Part shown: in pieces, positions 1 through 9,081 of the stretch | Layout of the letters: each line of letters begins with the position of its first letter | Position numbering within the stretch: position 1 is the stretch's first letter | Source of the DNA: Candidatus Borrarchaeum weybense | GTDB taxonomy: Archaea; Asgardarchaeota; Sifarchaeia; Borrarchaeales; Borrarchaeaceae | Direction of reading: 5' to 3' | DNA: 64,000 bases | Assembly (NCBI GenBank): GCA_019057385.1 | Contig: JAHQJS010000007.1 | Coordinates: forward strand, 192,001-256,000 | Position numbers and translations under genes: made by a program | Notes under the pieces: generated by a model | The model's input: only the letters and a program-made list of their open reading frames with translations | Database searches by the model: none | Told to the model about the DNA's origin: nothing

Positions 1-1
1 G

Positions 2-880
2 CATTTCTGGTATTGGTCTACTGATGGAAGCCAGGACGAAGCGTATCATGTGAAGTTACAACACTTGTTAGAATATAGCGATTCCGATTGTGACGATGAA
101 TTTGATAATAATGAACAGGTATCAGGTGGTGCCTCATTTTCATTAAGTAGTGGCAAATGGGAATTCAGTGGCTTTACAACGGAAGATGGGGATTCTCTAG
201 AATCTGGTGATACTGCAGACTCAGTAAAATTCAGTTATACTTTAGTTGGACCAATACGTGGCAAGCAAGAAGGACAACCTGATCAGCCTGGACAACAACC
301 CGAAGAACCTCCTGGGGAATCTCCAGATCAGCCTGGACAACAGCCGGATGAGCCACCTGGACAGCAAGAATCTCCAAATGAAATGAAACTCTCCTCAGAG
401 AACCTAGTGATCGTCTTAACTTGTCATATCAGTGCTGCTGATGGAAATAAAATGAAGATAGATGTTTATATAGAAAATTGGAACTTTGAGAGCCAAGAGA
501 ACAGGTTAGCGCTACGTACTGATTTTACTACGGATAATAGTTCAGATATTACTGAAGAAAGTAATAATGGTTACCAGATTGGTAAAGCCTTCTTTGCCTA
601 TGAAGATTCGGCAACAGCCGATGGGCAGTCTGTTACAGTAGTAGCAAATTCTGAACAAATAGAACAAGCTAAGGGTTTAAAAGTCTGGTTTAACTACCCA
701 TCGTTTACAGAAACCTTAGATCACGATCCAACCATTGGAATTGGCGATTTAACCGCAGAAATTGCGCTTATTGGTGAAACTGGAACTGAGCTTCTTTCTA
801 ACTCAACGTTTGGTATTTATGCTACCTTTGTAGTGATTGTCGTAGTAGTTGTCGTTATTTTTATAGATAGAAGAAAGTAA
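2..880 (+). CDS. Secreted/cell-surface protein with Pro/Gln-rich repeat insert and C-terminal membrane anchor (5'-truncated by window edge)
   Basis: The frame is open from position 2 (HFWYWSTDGSQDEAYHVKLQ...), so the listed GTG at 50 is probably internal. Acidic beta-rich body; C-terminal hydrophobic helix (IYATFVVIVVVVVVIFI) followed by DRRK. Confidence 0.75.
   Translation, partial: HFWYWSTDGSQDEAYHVKLQHLLEYSDSDCDDEFDNNEQVSGGASFSLSSGKWEFSGFTTEDGDSLESGDTADSVKFSYTLVGPIRGKQEGQPDQPGQQPEEPPGESPDQPGQQPDEPPGQQESPNEMKLSSENLVIVLTCHISAADGNKMKIDVYIENWNFESQENRLALRTDFTTDNSSDITEESNNGYQIGKAFFAYEDSATADGQSVTVVANSEQIEQAKGLKVWFNYPSFTETLDHDPTIGIGDLTAEIALIGETGTELLSNSTFGIYATFVVIVVVVVVIFIDRRK
275..376 (+). repeat. 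Imperfect intragenic tandem repeat encoding PDQPGQQP(E/D)EPPG-ESP
   Basis: gatcagcctggacaaca occurs twice about 45 nt apart; protein reads QPDQPGQQPEEPPGESPDQPGQQPDEPPGQQESP. Confidence 0.85.
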
Positions 881-1005
881 CTTTTTGCCTAAAACCTCAA
901 TCTATTTATTTTTTATTTATCAGTTTTTAATGAATAATCTGATTTCTATTGAAAAAGTTGAATAGAAAGTAGCAAAAAGGCAGAACAGTTTAAACTGGGA
1001 TTCAG

Positions 1006-1809
1006 ATGAAGAATAGTGACGGTTCAGATGTACATTCAATTTTGAATCATCCAATTCGTCGCAAGATTCTTAGACTCATTGCAGAGAAAGGATATGCCAC
1101 TTTTACAGATTTTAAAAATTCCCTCAACCTTAAGGTAGGAACATTATATTATCATCTGGACAATTTGGGCGACTTTATTTCACAAGATGATCAGAAACGA
1201 TATCTCCTTACTTCCCGTGGCATTGAGGCACTTAAATTAATGGATCGAAGCGAAGACATAACAACTACAGACGAAACAGTGCTTTTGAAAGCTTTTTATG
1301 GTATAGGTCTTAAACCGATTGTCGACTATATTCTAGAAAAACCAAAAGAATTTCTACCTTTTGGTATTTTGATAGTATTTCTTCTATCATATGTTACGTA
1401 TCTTGCAGAACTAAATACGATTTTATTATTTTTCACTGAAAGTTCAGTCTCTTTACTTTCAATGGTATTTATTCTTAGCTTTGTGCGATGGTTTTACATC
1501 TATTTATTCATAGAAATCTTCTGTGGACTTATTTTTAAAAGAAGTATATTTAGTTTAGGAACATTAACGGGAACATTATGGGCACAATTTCCACTTATTT
1601 TTTATGTTCTTCTATGGAGGTTTGGAGGGGTTTATCGAATTGGGAATGATTTCTTTCAATTAATGTTTCAACTCTTTTTCCAAATTTGGCTACTCCTTGT
1701 AATAACATATGTTATTACAAAAAGCAAACAACTCAAGATAGAAAAAGCATTCTTAATTTCAATATTGATTCATTATTTCAATATTGTCATTTTACAATTC
1801 ATTATTTAA
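1006..1809 (+). CDS. ArsR-like winged-HTH protein fused to a ~5-TM membrane domain
   Basis: N-terminal LNHPIRRKILRLI...GTLYYHLDNL...YLLTSRG wHTH signature; C-terminal hydrophobic helices. Confidence 0.8.
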   Translation: MKNSDGSDVHSILNHPIRRKILRLIAEKGYATFTDFKNSLNLKVGTLYYHLDNLGDFISQDDQKRYLLTSRGIEALKLMDRSEDITTTDETVLLKAFYGIGLKPIVDYILEKPKEFLPFGILIVFLLSYVTYLAELNTILLFFTESSVSLLSMVFILSFVRWFYIYLFIEIFCGLIFKRSIFSLGTLTGTLWAQFPLIFYVLLWRFGGVYRIGNDFFQLMFQLFFQIWLLLVITYVITKSKQLKIEKAFLISILIHYFNIVILQFII

Positions 1810-2050
1810 TTATTGAACCATGGTCATCCTTTTCGTTCTTTTTTTCTTCTTCCTCCTCATTGTCCTCTAATGAGTTACTTATTTGCTGATTTATTATTTC
1901 CATTAGATGTTTATCTAAAACCTCAACTTGCTCCGCATCAAAAAATTCCGTACCACATTTGGGACATCTCCAACAGGGTATCTCTTTTATGCCTTTAAAA
2001 TCAGTCATTGCTTTTTCCAGAATACCCCCACATTCACATTCTTTTTTCAT
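1802..2050 (-). CDS. Small zinc-ribbon protein (YgiT/MqsA-type zinc finger) with acidic tail
   Basis: CECGG...CPKCGTEFF pattern; ATG preceded by GGTAGTGA. Confidence 0.65.
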   Translation of the reverse strand: MKKECECGGILEKAMTDFKGIKEIPCWRCPKCGTEFFDAEQVEVLDKHLMEIINQQISNSLEDNEEEEEKKNEKDDHGSIIK

Positions 2051-2190
2051 GAATTTTCACTACCATGCAAACTTAACAGGGATCTATCTAGTAGAATTGT
2101 TTTTAAATAGACTTGGCGGAAAGTTCCCTTCCGAAAGGTGGGGGATAAGAGCCAAAATCCTTTTATAGTTATAAGAAAATATTTGTAACT

Positions 2191-2619
2191 ATGCGATATA
2201 AGTTAGATAAGTCATCACATTCGGTATATGCACTACAATATCATCTTGTTCAGTGTGTCAAATATAGACGAAATGCATTAGATAGCAAAGAGATTGTAGA
2301 CGTGCTCAAACAAAAGGTATATGAAATAAGCGAAACTTTTGAGGTGGGAGTGCTCAATATAGAATGTGATAAAGATCATTTTCACATGATTTTCAAAAGT
2401 AAACCCACTTTAGACATTCCAAAATATATGAACACCTTAAAAACTATCACATCCCGAGAAATACAACGTAATTTTCCAGCAGTCAAAGAAAAACTCTGGA
2501 AAGGAGCATTCTGGTCAAGATCATATTTTTTAGCTACTACAGGACAGGTAACTTTTGAACTATTGAAGAAATATGTTGACAATCAGGGGATAGATCATGC
2601 AACTAACACAACAGATTAG
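2191..2619 (+). CDS. tnpA: IS200/IS605 Y1 HUH transposase
   Basis: YHLVQCVKYRR, HUH motif DHFH, FWSRSYF and catalytic Tyr in KYVDNQ. Confidence 0.95.
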   Translation: MRYKLDKSSHSVYALQYHLVQCVKYRRNALDSKEIVDVLKQKVYEISETFEVGVLNIECDKDHFHMIFKSKPTLDIPKYMNTLKTITSREIQRNFPAVKEKLWKGAFWSRSYFLATTGQVTFELLKKYVDNQGIDHATNTTD

Positions 2620-3880
2620 GATTTTTCCCACCTTAGAACAGGAAGAGGTACTCTGGGTACTCTCAGAGAAATGCAGACTTATCTATAATTTCGCGCTTGC
2701 TGAAAGAAGAAATGCTTATAAAAATGGTGTCAAGGGAGTAACCTATCGCAAGCAACAAAACGACCTACCAACAATCAAGGAACAATACCCAGAGTATAAA
2801 TGGGTTTATTCTAAAGTATTGCAATATGTTCTAAAAACGCTTAACGCTGATTATAAATCATTCTTTGCTCTTCGGAAAAATGGGTATCAAGACGCACAAC
2901 TGCCCAAGTTCAAGGGTACACAGTACTTTACCACAATGGTTTACAATCAATCGGGGTTCAAGGTTGAAAAACGGAAAGTGGCCGTATCTCATTTTTATAA
3001 TGATATTCCTTTGGAGTTTGTTGTTCCAGAAAAGTTCTCGTTCATTGAAGATACATGCATCAAACAAGTCTCTATTTTCAGCAAAGATGAGAGATATTTT
3101 GTCGCGATAACCTATGAGGTTGAAGACCCCTCCTATATTGATAACGGTCGGTATCAAGCGATTGACCTCGGTATCACTAACATAGTAACCGCTGTAAATA
3201 CTACTGGAAAGTTCTTAGTGGTGAAAAATAAGCGACCAGATAAGTATTGGCATCCGAGAATCATAAAACTGCAAGCAAGACGAGATAAGTGCATAAAATG
3301 CAGTAATAGATGGAAACATTTTGATAGAATTGTGAAACACTATCAGAAGAAATGCGCAGATCAAACAAAGGATTTCCAGCATAAACTCAGCAAGAAGTTA
3401 GTGGAAAATACCAAAGCACACACCATCATTGTGGGCGATCTTAAAGTTAAAAGTATGGCACACTCAACTAAAGTACCAAAGCACATGAGAAAAGGTCTGA
3501 ATAGAGCTACCCAAAATACTGGATCATTGGGACGGTTCGTACATTTTCTAACCTACAAAGCTAAGAGAGTAGGTAAAAGCACAATAGAATTTGACGAACG
3601 AAATACCTCCAAAGAGTGTTATGTTTGTGGAAAACTCCATGATATGCCGATTTGGAAGCGAATTATGAATTGTGAGTGTGGTAACGTGATAACTAGGGAT
3701 AAAAATAGTTGTGTGGTGCTCATGAAACGTTACCTATCACAGAATGCCAAGTGGACGGGCTATCAAGAATTTCTTGATAATCTGCGATACACAGCCAAAG
3801 GTAAAACGAGAGTACCCAGTCCGAAATTCGGATATGGTTTGGAGGACTCGCAGGAAGCCCCATCCTTCAGGGTGGGGTAG
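2597..3880 (+). CDS. tnpB: RNA-guided endonuclease TnpB
   Basis: N-terminal IRIFPT...CRLIYNFAL; RuvC-I AIDLG; RuvC-II IVGDL; TSKECYVCG..CECG zinc finger; RuvC-III RDKNS; ORF runs into the right-end hairpin. Confidence 0.93.
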   Translation: MQLTQQIRIFPTLEQEEVLWVLSEKCRLIYNFALAERRNAYKNGVKGVTYRKQQNDLPTIKEQYPEYKWVYSKVLQYVLKTLNADYKSFFALRKNGYQDAQLPKFKGTQYFTTMVYNQSGFKVEKRKVAVSHFYNDIPLEFVVPEKFSFIEDTCIKQVSIFSKDERYFVAITYEVEDPSYIDNGRYQAIDLGITNIVTAVNTTGKFLVVKNKRPDKYWHPRIIKLQARRDKCIKCSNRWKHFDRIVKHYQKKCADQTKDFQHKLSKKLVENTKAHTIIVGDLKVKSMAHSTKVPKHMRKGLNRATQNTGSLGRFVHFLTYKAKRVGKSTIEFDERNTSKECYVCGKLHDMPIWKRIMNCECGNVITRDKNSCVVLMKRYLSQNAKWTGYQEFLDNLRYTAKGKTRVPSPKFGYGLEDSQEAPSFRVG

Positions 3881-4063
3881 TTCACATAGACTTGGATTAT
3901 AGAGTAGATATCTGAGAACGATGGATAGAAATAACGGTATCCTTTTATGAAAAACTAGAAGTATGAACATCGAACTAGTTCAAAAGAAAATATGATTTCA
4001 ATAAAGATGGGGCATTTACTAATAAGATATGCAACTTTAAAGTAATATTACGGATTTAAATAA

Positions 4064-5056
4064 TTGGTGATGATTTTAATGGATGTTGAGAAAGCAAAAT
4101 TAGTTGAAATGTATCGAAAACTCTTAGAACTTAGAAAATTCGAAGAGAAATGTTGGGATTTGTTCTCACAAAACCTGATTCCAGGTACAATTCATTTATA
4201 CTTAGGTCAAGAGGCAGTTGCAGTTGGTGTGTGCAGCAATCTTAATGAAGATGATTATGTGCAGAGCACCCATAGAGGGCATGGGCATTGCCTTGCTAAA
4301 GGTGCTCAAATGGATAAGATGTTTGCAGAGTTGATGGGCAAAGCGACAGGCTATTGTAAAGGAAAAGGAGGCTCTATGCATATTACTGATGCCAATGTAG
4401 GTCTTCTTGGCGCTTGTGGTGTAGTCGGCTCAGGTATTGTAATGGCACCAGGTGCAGGTCTTTCAGCTAAACTGCGGGGGACAAATCAAGTAGTGGTTTG
4501 TTTCTTTGGAGATGGTGCTTCAAACACTGGCAACTTCCACGAAGGAATTAACATTGCTGCCGCTTGGGATCTTCCTGTTGTTTTTGTATGTGAAAATAAC
4601 CTATATGCCATGGGAACTAAACAAACTGATGTAATGAAAGTCAAGAATATCGCAGATAGAGCTTCTGCATATGGTATTCCAGGCGTTATATGTGACGGAA
4701 ATGATGCTGTTGATGTATATAAAAAAGCATATGAAGCAGTAACACGTGCAAGAGAAGGTAAAGGTCCAACTCTCATTGAATGTAAGACATATCGCCATAG
4801 AGGTCATTCACGATTTGATCAGGGAAAATATCGACCAGAAGAGGAAGTAAACGAGTGGCTAAGGATGGATCCTATAATACGTATGAGAGAGCGCTTAACT
4901 TCAATGGGAATTCTTACTGAAGAGGAAGCAGATGTTATTGTAAACGAAGTTGATGAAGAAATAGAAGTGGCCGCTAAATTTGCCATTGAAAGCCCATTTC
5001 CAGATCCAAAAACTGCATTAGAAGATGTCTGGGTTGAGGAGCGTGAGTCAGAATGA
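4064..5056 (+). CDS. pdhA: TPP-dependent 2-oxoacid/acetoin dehydrogenase E1 alpha subunit
   Basis: HLYLGQEA, STHRGHGH, GKGGSMH, TPP motif GDGA...FHEGIN, ENNLYA. Substrate (pyruvate vs acetoin) not determinable. Confidence 0.9.
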   Translation: MVMILMDVEKAKLVEMYRKLLELRKFEEKCWDLFSQNLIPGTIHLYLGQEAVAVGVCSNLNEDDYVQSTHRGHGHCLAKGAQMDKMFAELMGKATGYCKGKGGSMHITDANVGLLGACGVVGSGIVMAPGAGLSAKLRGTNQVVVCFFGDGASNTGNFHEGINIAAAWDLPVVFVCENNLYAMGTKQTDVMKVKNIADRASAYGIPGVICDGNDAVDVYKKAYEAVTRAREGKGPTLIECKTYRHRGHSRFDQGKYRPEEEVNEWLRMDPIIRMRERLTSMGILTEEEADVIVNEVDEEIEVAAKFAIESPFPDPKTALEDVWVEERESE

Positions 5057-6036
5057 GAGAAATTATGGCGATTGAAGCATTACGAGAAGCATTTAGAGAA
5101 GAAATGCTAAACGATAAGAGAGTTGTACTTATTGGTGAAGACATTGGTAGTAAATGGCATGGTGCATTCAAAGTCACTCAAGGACTCGCAGATGAATTTG
5201 GAGAAGAAAGAGTAAGAGATACACCCATTTCAGAAGCAGCCATAATTGGCACAGCTGTAGGAGCCGCCATGACGGGTCTTAGACCCGTTGCAGAAATTAT
5301 GTTTGGCGATCTGATAGCACTTGCAATGGATGCTATTTGTAATCAAGCGGCAAAAATTCGATATATGTTTGGAGGACAGGTTAAAGTACCTGTCGTTATA
5401 AGAACACCCTTTGGAGGAGGAAAATCTATAGCGGCTCATCATAGTTCCTCATTTGAAGCTTGGTTTATGCATGCCGCAGGATTAAAGGTTGCAATGCCTT
5501 CGACTCCCTACGATTGTAAAGGGTTGCTAAAAACTGCTATAAGAAATGTAGATGATCCAGTTTGCTTTTTTGAACATAAATTATGTTATTTACTTAAAGG
5601 TCATGTCCCAGAAGAAGAATACTTTATTCCATTTGGCGAAGCTGATGTTAAAAGAGAAGGTGATGATGTAACTATAGTTGCTACATTCTTAATGGTACAT
5701 AAATCACTTAAAGTGGCTGAAGAACTAGCCAAAGAGGGCATTAGCGTTGAAGTCATAGATCCAAGGACATTAGTACCTCTTGATATAGAGACCATTGTAA
5801 ATTCGGTAAAAAAGACAGGACGAGTCGTTATCGTTTCTGAAGACATTAAACGTGCTGGAGTCACAGCAGAAATTGCTTCTCAAATAATGGAAGAAGGAGG
5901 ATTCGATTATCTTGATGCTCCTATCAAACGAGTTGCCTCTTTGAACACACCAATTCCATTTTCACCTACGCTTGAAGATTATGTGATTCCCAATGAGAAA
6001 AGGATCACAAAAGCAGTGAAAGAAGTCCTTGCTTGA
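5053..6036 (+). CDS. pdhB: 2-oxoacid/acetoin dehydrogenase E1 beta subunit
   Basis: IGEDIG, RVRDTPISEAAIIG, GLRPVAEIMF, EVIDPRTLVPLD; ATGA overlap with E1 alpha. Confidence 0.92.
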   Translation: MREIMAIEALREAFREEMLNDKRVVLIGEDIGSKWHGAFKVTQGLADEFGEERVRDTPISEAAIIGTAVGAAMTGLRPVAEIMFGDLIALAMDAICNQAAKIRYMFGGQVKVPVVIRTPFGGGKSIAAHHSSSFEAWFMHAAGLKVAMPSTPYDCKGLLKTAIRNVDDPVCFFEHKLCYLLKGHVPEEEYFIPFGEADVKREGDDVTIVATFLMVHKSLKVAEELAKEGISVEVIDPRTLVPLDIETIVNSVKKTGRVVIVSEDIKRAGVTAEIASQIMEEGGFDYLDAPIKRVASLNTPIPFSPTLEDYVIPNEKRITKAVKEVLA

Positions 6037-6071
6037 ATTCCCAAAAGAACTCATCTTAAAGAGGGATTTAA

Positions 6072-7295
6072 ATGGTGACTAAAGTAGTGATTACAAAAAT
6101 GTCAATGGTTATGGAAGAAGCCACAATTGTAGAATGGCTTAAGAATGAAGGCGATACTGTAGAGAAAGGCGAGCCTATTGTTGAAATTTTAACAGAAAAA
6201 GAAACTGTTGAATTAGAAGCACCAGCGTCTGGTGTTTTGTTAAAGATTCTAGCTGAAGAAGCAATGGAACTTCCTGTAGATGCAGTAATTGCATTAATAG
6301 GTGATCCTAATGAACCTCTTCCCGACCTTGAATCACTAGTTACTGCCTTGCCTCAAGAAGCGAGTGTAGTTGAAATAGAATCTGCAACAGAGACGCCTCC
6401 ATCCTTGAAGCCCGAGTTTGCACATCAGGAGGCCATTACATCCACTGACCTCGTTGAAGAATACACAAAACGAATCATTGCATCACCCCGAGCAAAAAAA
6501 TTCGCTACTGAACGTGGAATAGATCTAAATTATATCACAGGTACAGGACCCGGAGGACGCATAGTTGAGCGGGATGTTGAGGCATTTTTGAGCCTAATGG
6601 TTTCAGAAGGACCTAAAATAAAGGAAGAACGGAAATTTTTCGGCATTCAGAAAATGACTGCTAAAAAAGTCACTGAAAGTTATCAGACAATCCCTCAGTT
6701 GACACACGTGATGGAAATAGATGTGACAAACATAATGAACTATCGCACTAAACTTACTGAAGAAAAGGGTATGAAAATTTCTTATACAGCGTTTTTAGTG
6801 AAAGCTGTCGCTGAATCTTTAGTAAAGCATCCTATCCTTAACTCCACCCTTTCTGGAGACATAATTAAGATTTACGAAGATGTCAATATCGGTGTGGCTA
6901 TAGCGACCCAAGATGGGTTAGTAGTTCCTGTCGTCCATAAGGCTAGCACTAAGCCAATTGAATCAATTTCAACTGAAATCAAAAGTCTGATTAAAAAAGC
7001 AAGAGAGAAAAAACTTCGTTCAAATGACTTTATGCAACGTACGTTTACAGTCTCAAATCTAGGAATGTATGGTATTGAGTTTTTCACAGCTATAATAAAT
7101 CCTCCAGAAGCAGCTATTCTAAGCGTTGGAAGAATGGCTGAAAAACCGGTTGTGATTAATGGAGGTATTCATATTCGTTCAATGATGTATCTAAGCCTCA
7201 CCTATGACCATAGAATCATAGATGGTGCACCAGCTGCCGCATTCTTACAAACTTTGCGTGAGTTATTGGAAAACCCTAATGAAGTGGCTTGGTAG
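6072..7295 (+). CDS. pdhC: Dihydrolipoamide acyltransferase E2
   Basis: Lipoyl domain (ILTEKETVELEAPASG), subunit-binding domain (ASPRAKK...GTGPGGRI), catalytic DHRIIDG. Confidence 0.92.
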   Translation: MVTKVVITKMSMVMEEATIVEWLKNEGDTVEKGEPIVEILTEKETVELEAPASGVLLKILAEEAMELPVDAVIALIGDPNEPLPDLESLVTALPQEASVVEIESATETPPSLKPEFAHQEAITSTDLVEEYTKRIIASPRAKKFATERGIDLNYITGTGPGGRIVERDVEAFLSLMVSEGPKIKEERKFFGIQKMTAKKVTESYQTIPQLTHVMEIDVTNIMNYRTKLTEEKGMKISYTAFLVKAVAESLVKHPILNSTLSGDIIKIYEDVNIGVAIATQDGLVVPVVHKASTKPIESISTEIKSLIKKAREKKLRSNDFMQRTFTVSNLGMYGIEFFTAIINPPEAAILSVGRMAEKPVVINGGIHIRSMMYLSLTYDHRIIDGAPAAAFLQTLRELLENPNEVAW

Positions 7296-7325
7296 TTACG
7301 CAAAATCCTTGCATCTTTTTAATTT

Positions 7326-8108
7326 TTGGTGAACTTGGTGAATGTTCAATGGTGTCTGTTAGATGTAGAGTTCGATGATCCCTTCTTTAACATGGCAGTT
7401 GAAGAAGCAATACTAATTTATGTTGGAAAACAAGTTGTTCCAGGCACAATTCGATTTTGGAGAAATAAGAATGCAGTGTTTATCGGGCGATTCCAATGTG
7501 TTAGTCGCGAAGTTGATTTAGCATTATGCAAAAAAAATGATGTTAAAATTGTCCGAAGATTTACTGGCGGCGGTGCAGTATATCACGATTATGGGAATCT
7601 CAATTATTCGATTTTCTTGCATAAGACTCATCCTTTAATACAAGCTGAAATTCCAGATCTAATAGACTCACAGATATTTGGACATAGTATAATTCTTGGT
7701 TTGAAGAAACTCAATATCGAAGCTAATCTGCTTGCAGAAGGCGCAATTGGTGTAAAAGGCTTAAAAATATCAGGAACTGCTCGTACTCTTAGAAAAGGAG
7801 CTTTTCTGCATCATGGTTCACTACTGGTAAATTCAGATCTAGTTTTTTTACAAAAAGTATTACAAGGTAAACGGATTGATCCTGGTAAGAGATGTCTAGA
7901 CTCCAAAAGGTCTCCAGTAACCTCAATAGAACATGAACTGGGTAAGAAAATGAATATTAAAAAAGTAAAAGAAGCGTTGAAAACTTCATTTGAAGAAGTT
8001 TTCAACATGAAATTAAATCCAAGTCAATTGACAAAAGATGAACTACGTCTTGCTAAGCGCTTATATGATGAGAAATATGCTTCGAATGATTGGACTTTTC
8101 AGCGCTAA
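7326..8108 (+). CDS. lplA: Lipoate-protein ligase A family
   Basis: NMAVEE, VRRFTGGGAVYHD, KISGTA, HHGSLL. Confidence 0.9.
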   Translation: MVNLVNVQWCLLDVEFDDPFFNMAVEEAILIYVGKQVVPGTIRFWRNKNAVFIGRFQCVSREVDLALCKKNDVKIVRRFTGGGAVYHDYGNLNYSIFLHKTHPLIQAEIPDLIDSQIFGHSIILGLKKLNIEANLLAEGAIGVKGLKISGTARTLRKGAFLHHGSLLVNSDLVFLQKVLQGKRIDPGKRCLDSKRSPVTSIEHELGKKMNIKKVKEALKTSFEEVFNMKLNPSQLTKDELRLAKRLYDEKYASNDWTFQR

Positions 8109-8110
8109 TG

Positions 8111-8125
8111 CGAAACCTTTTAAAT
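8111..8125 (+). promoter_or_regulatory. Putative archaeal BRE-TATA promoter
   Basis: CGAAACC-TTTTAAAT about 60 nt upstream of the ATG at 8184. Confidence 0.4.
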
Positions 8126-8183
8126 GCAATATCGTTCACTCATAACGTTATCTTTTAAACTTTGAAGAAACAGAGGTTTCAAT

Positions 8184-9077
8184 ATGAAAGTAAAGCCAGT
8201 TTGCGCTATTTGTCTGCTTGAAAGAGGTTTTAAACAAGCAAAAATGGCAACCGATGACGAAGAGTTGCAAAGAAAAGCAGTAAAGCGATTACTAGAATTT
8301 CTAGCGAAAAACTTTGACTCTAATCACACTCCTCCACAAATTGGCTATTTACGAGATAAAATCGTACTTGAAGCCATTGGTATGGATGATGAAGACATAT
8401 ATTCAAAATTAAAAAAATATTCAAATGAAATTGCATTAGAAATCCTACCAGACGTTCGCAATTGGATTGAAGAAGCTGCTGATTCACAGAAAGAACGCTT
8501 TAGAAGAGCATGTATTATATCAATAGTAGGCAATATTATGGAATTTGATATAAGTGGACACAGTTTTGATTTAAAGGATCTTCCAAAGGTTATCAATGAT
8601 GCAGAAACTGAATTAGTTATTGATGATATCGACAAAGTTTTCCAGATTATCCAAGAAAAGAAAAATATCCTGTTTCTTCCAGATAATGCAGGAGAAATTG
8701 CCTTTGATACTCTTCTGGTAGAGGAGTTCAAAAGGAATGGGTGCCATGTTACGGTTGCAGTGAAAGAGAAGCCTATAATGAACGATGCGACAATGGACGA
8801 CGCTTTGGAAGTTGGAATGGATAACGTGGCTGATAAACTTATGACCACTGGAACAGATCCTGTAACCGCTGGATTAAATATTAATGAAGCTTCGAAAGAG
8901 TTTTTAGAAGAATATAAAAAATCAGAGATAATTATCGCAAAGGGCATGGGACATTTTGAAACATTGACAGAATTTGAGCTTCCTATCCCGTTAGTACATC
9001 TATTAAGAACGAAATGTGAACCGATTGCAAACTCTCTCGGTGTAGCTCGTCACCGTAATGTAGCTAAAATCGCGTAA
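8184..9077 (+). CDS. DUF89/ARMT1-like damage-control metal-dependent phosphatase
   Basis: CxxC at N-terminus, GNIMEF, PDNAGEIAFD, PIMNDAT, AKGMGHFETL, KC. Confidence 0.88.
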   Translation: MKVKPVCAICLLERGFKQAKMATDDEELQRKAVKRLLEFLAKNFDSNHTPPQIGYLRDKIVLEAIGMDDEDIYSKLKKYSNEIALEILPDVRNWIEEAADSQKERFRRACIISIVGNIMEFDISGHSFDLKDLPKVINDAETELVIDDIDKVFQIIQEKKNILFLPDNAGEIAFDTLLVEEFKRNGCHVTVAVKEKPIMNDATMDDALEVGMDNVADKLMTTGTDPVTAGLNINEASKEFLEEYKKSEIIIAKGMGHFETLTEFELPIPLVHLLRTKCEPIANSLGVARHRNVAKIA

Positions 9078-9081
9078 TATT

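Larger units (their letters stand above)
2107..3885 (+). mobile_element. IS200/IS605-family insertion sequence (tnpA + tnpB, same orientation)
   Basis: Left subterminal hairpin TTGGC..TTCCCTTCCGAAAGGTGGGGGA..GCCAA (2113-2155) after TTTAA (2102-2106); right-end hairpin GAAGCCCCATCCTTCAGGGTGGGGTAGTTCAC ending at 3885; overlapping tnpA and tnpB. The exact left boundary is inferred. Confidence 0.9.

Noticed and set aside
2107-3895. Classical target-site duplication for the IS
   Set aside because: Y1 HUH transposases do not generate TSDs and the left copy overlaps the left-end stem. Kept as a separate finding instead.
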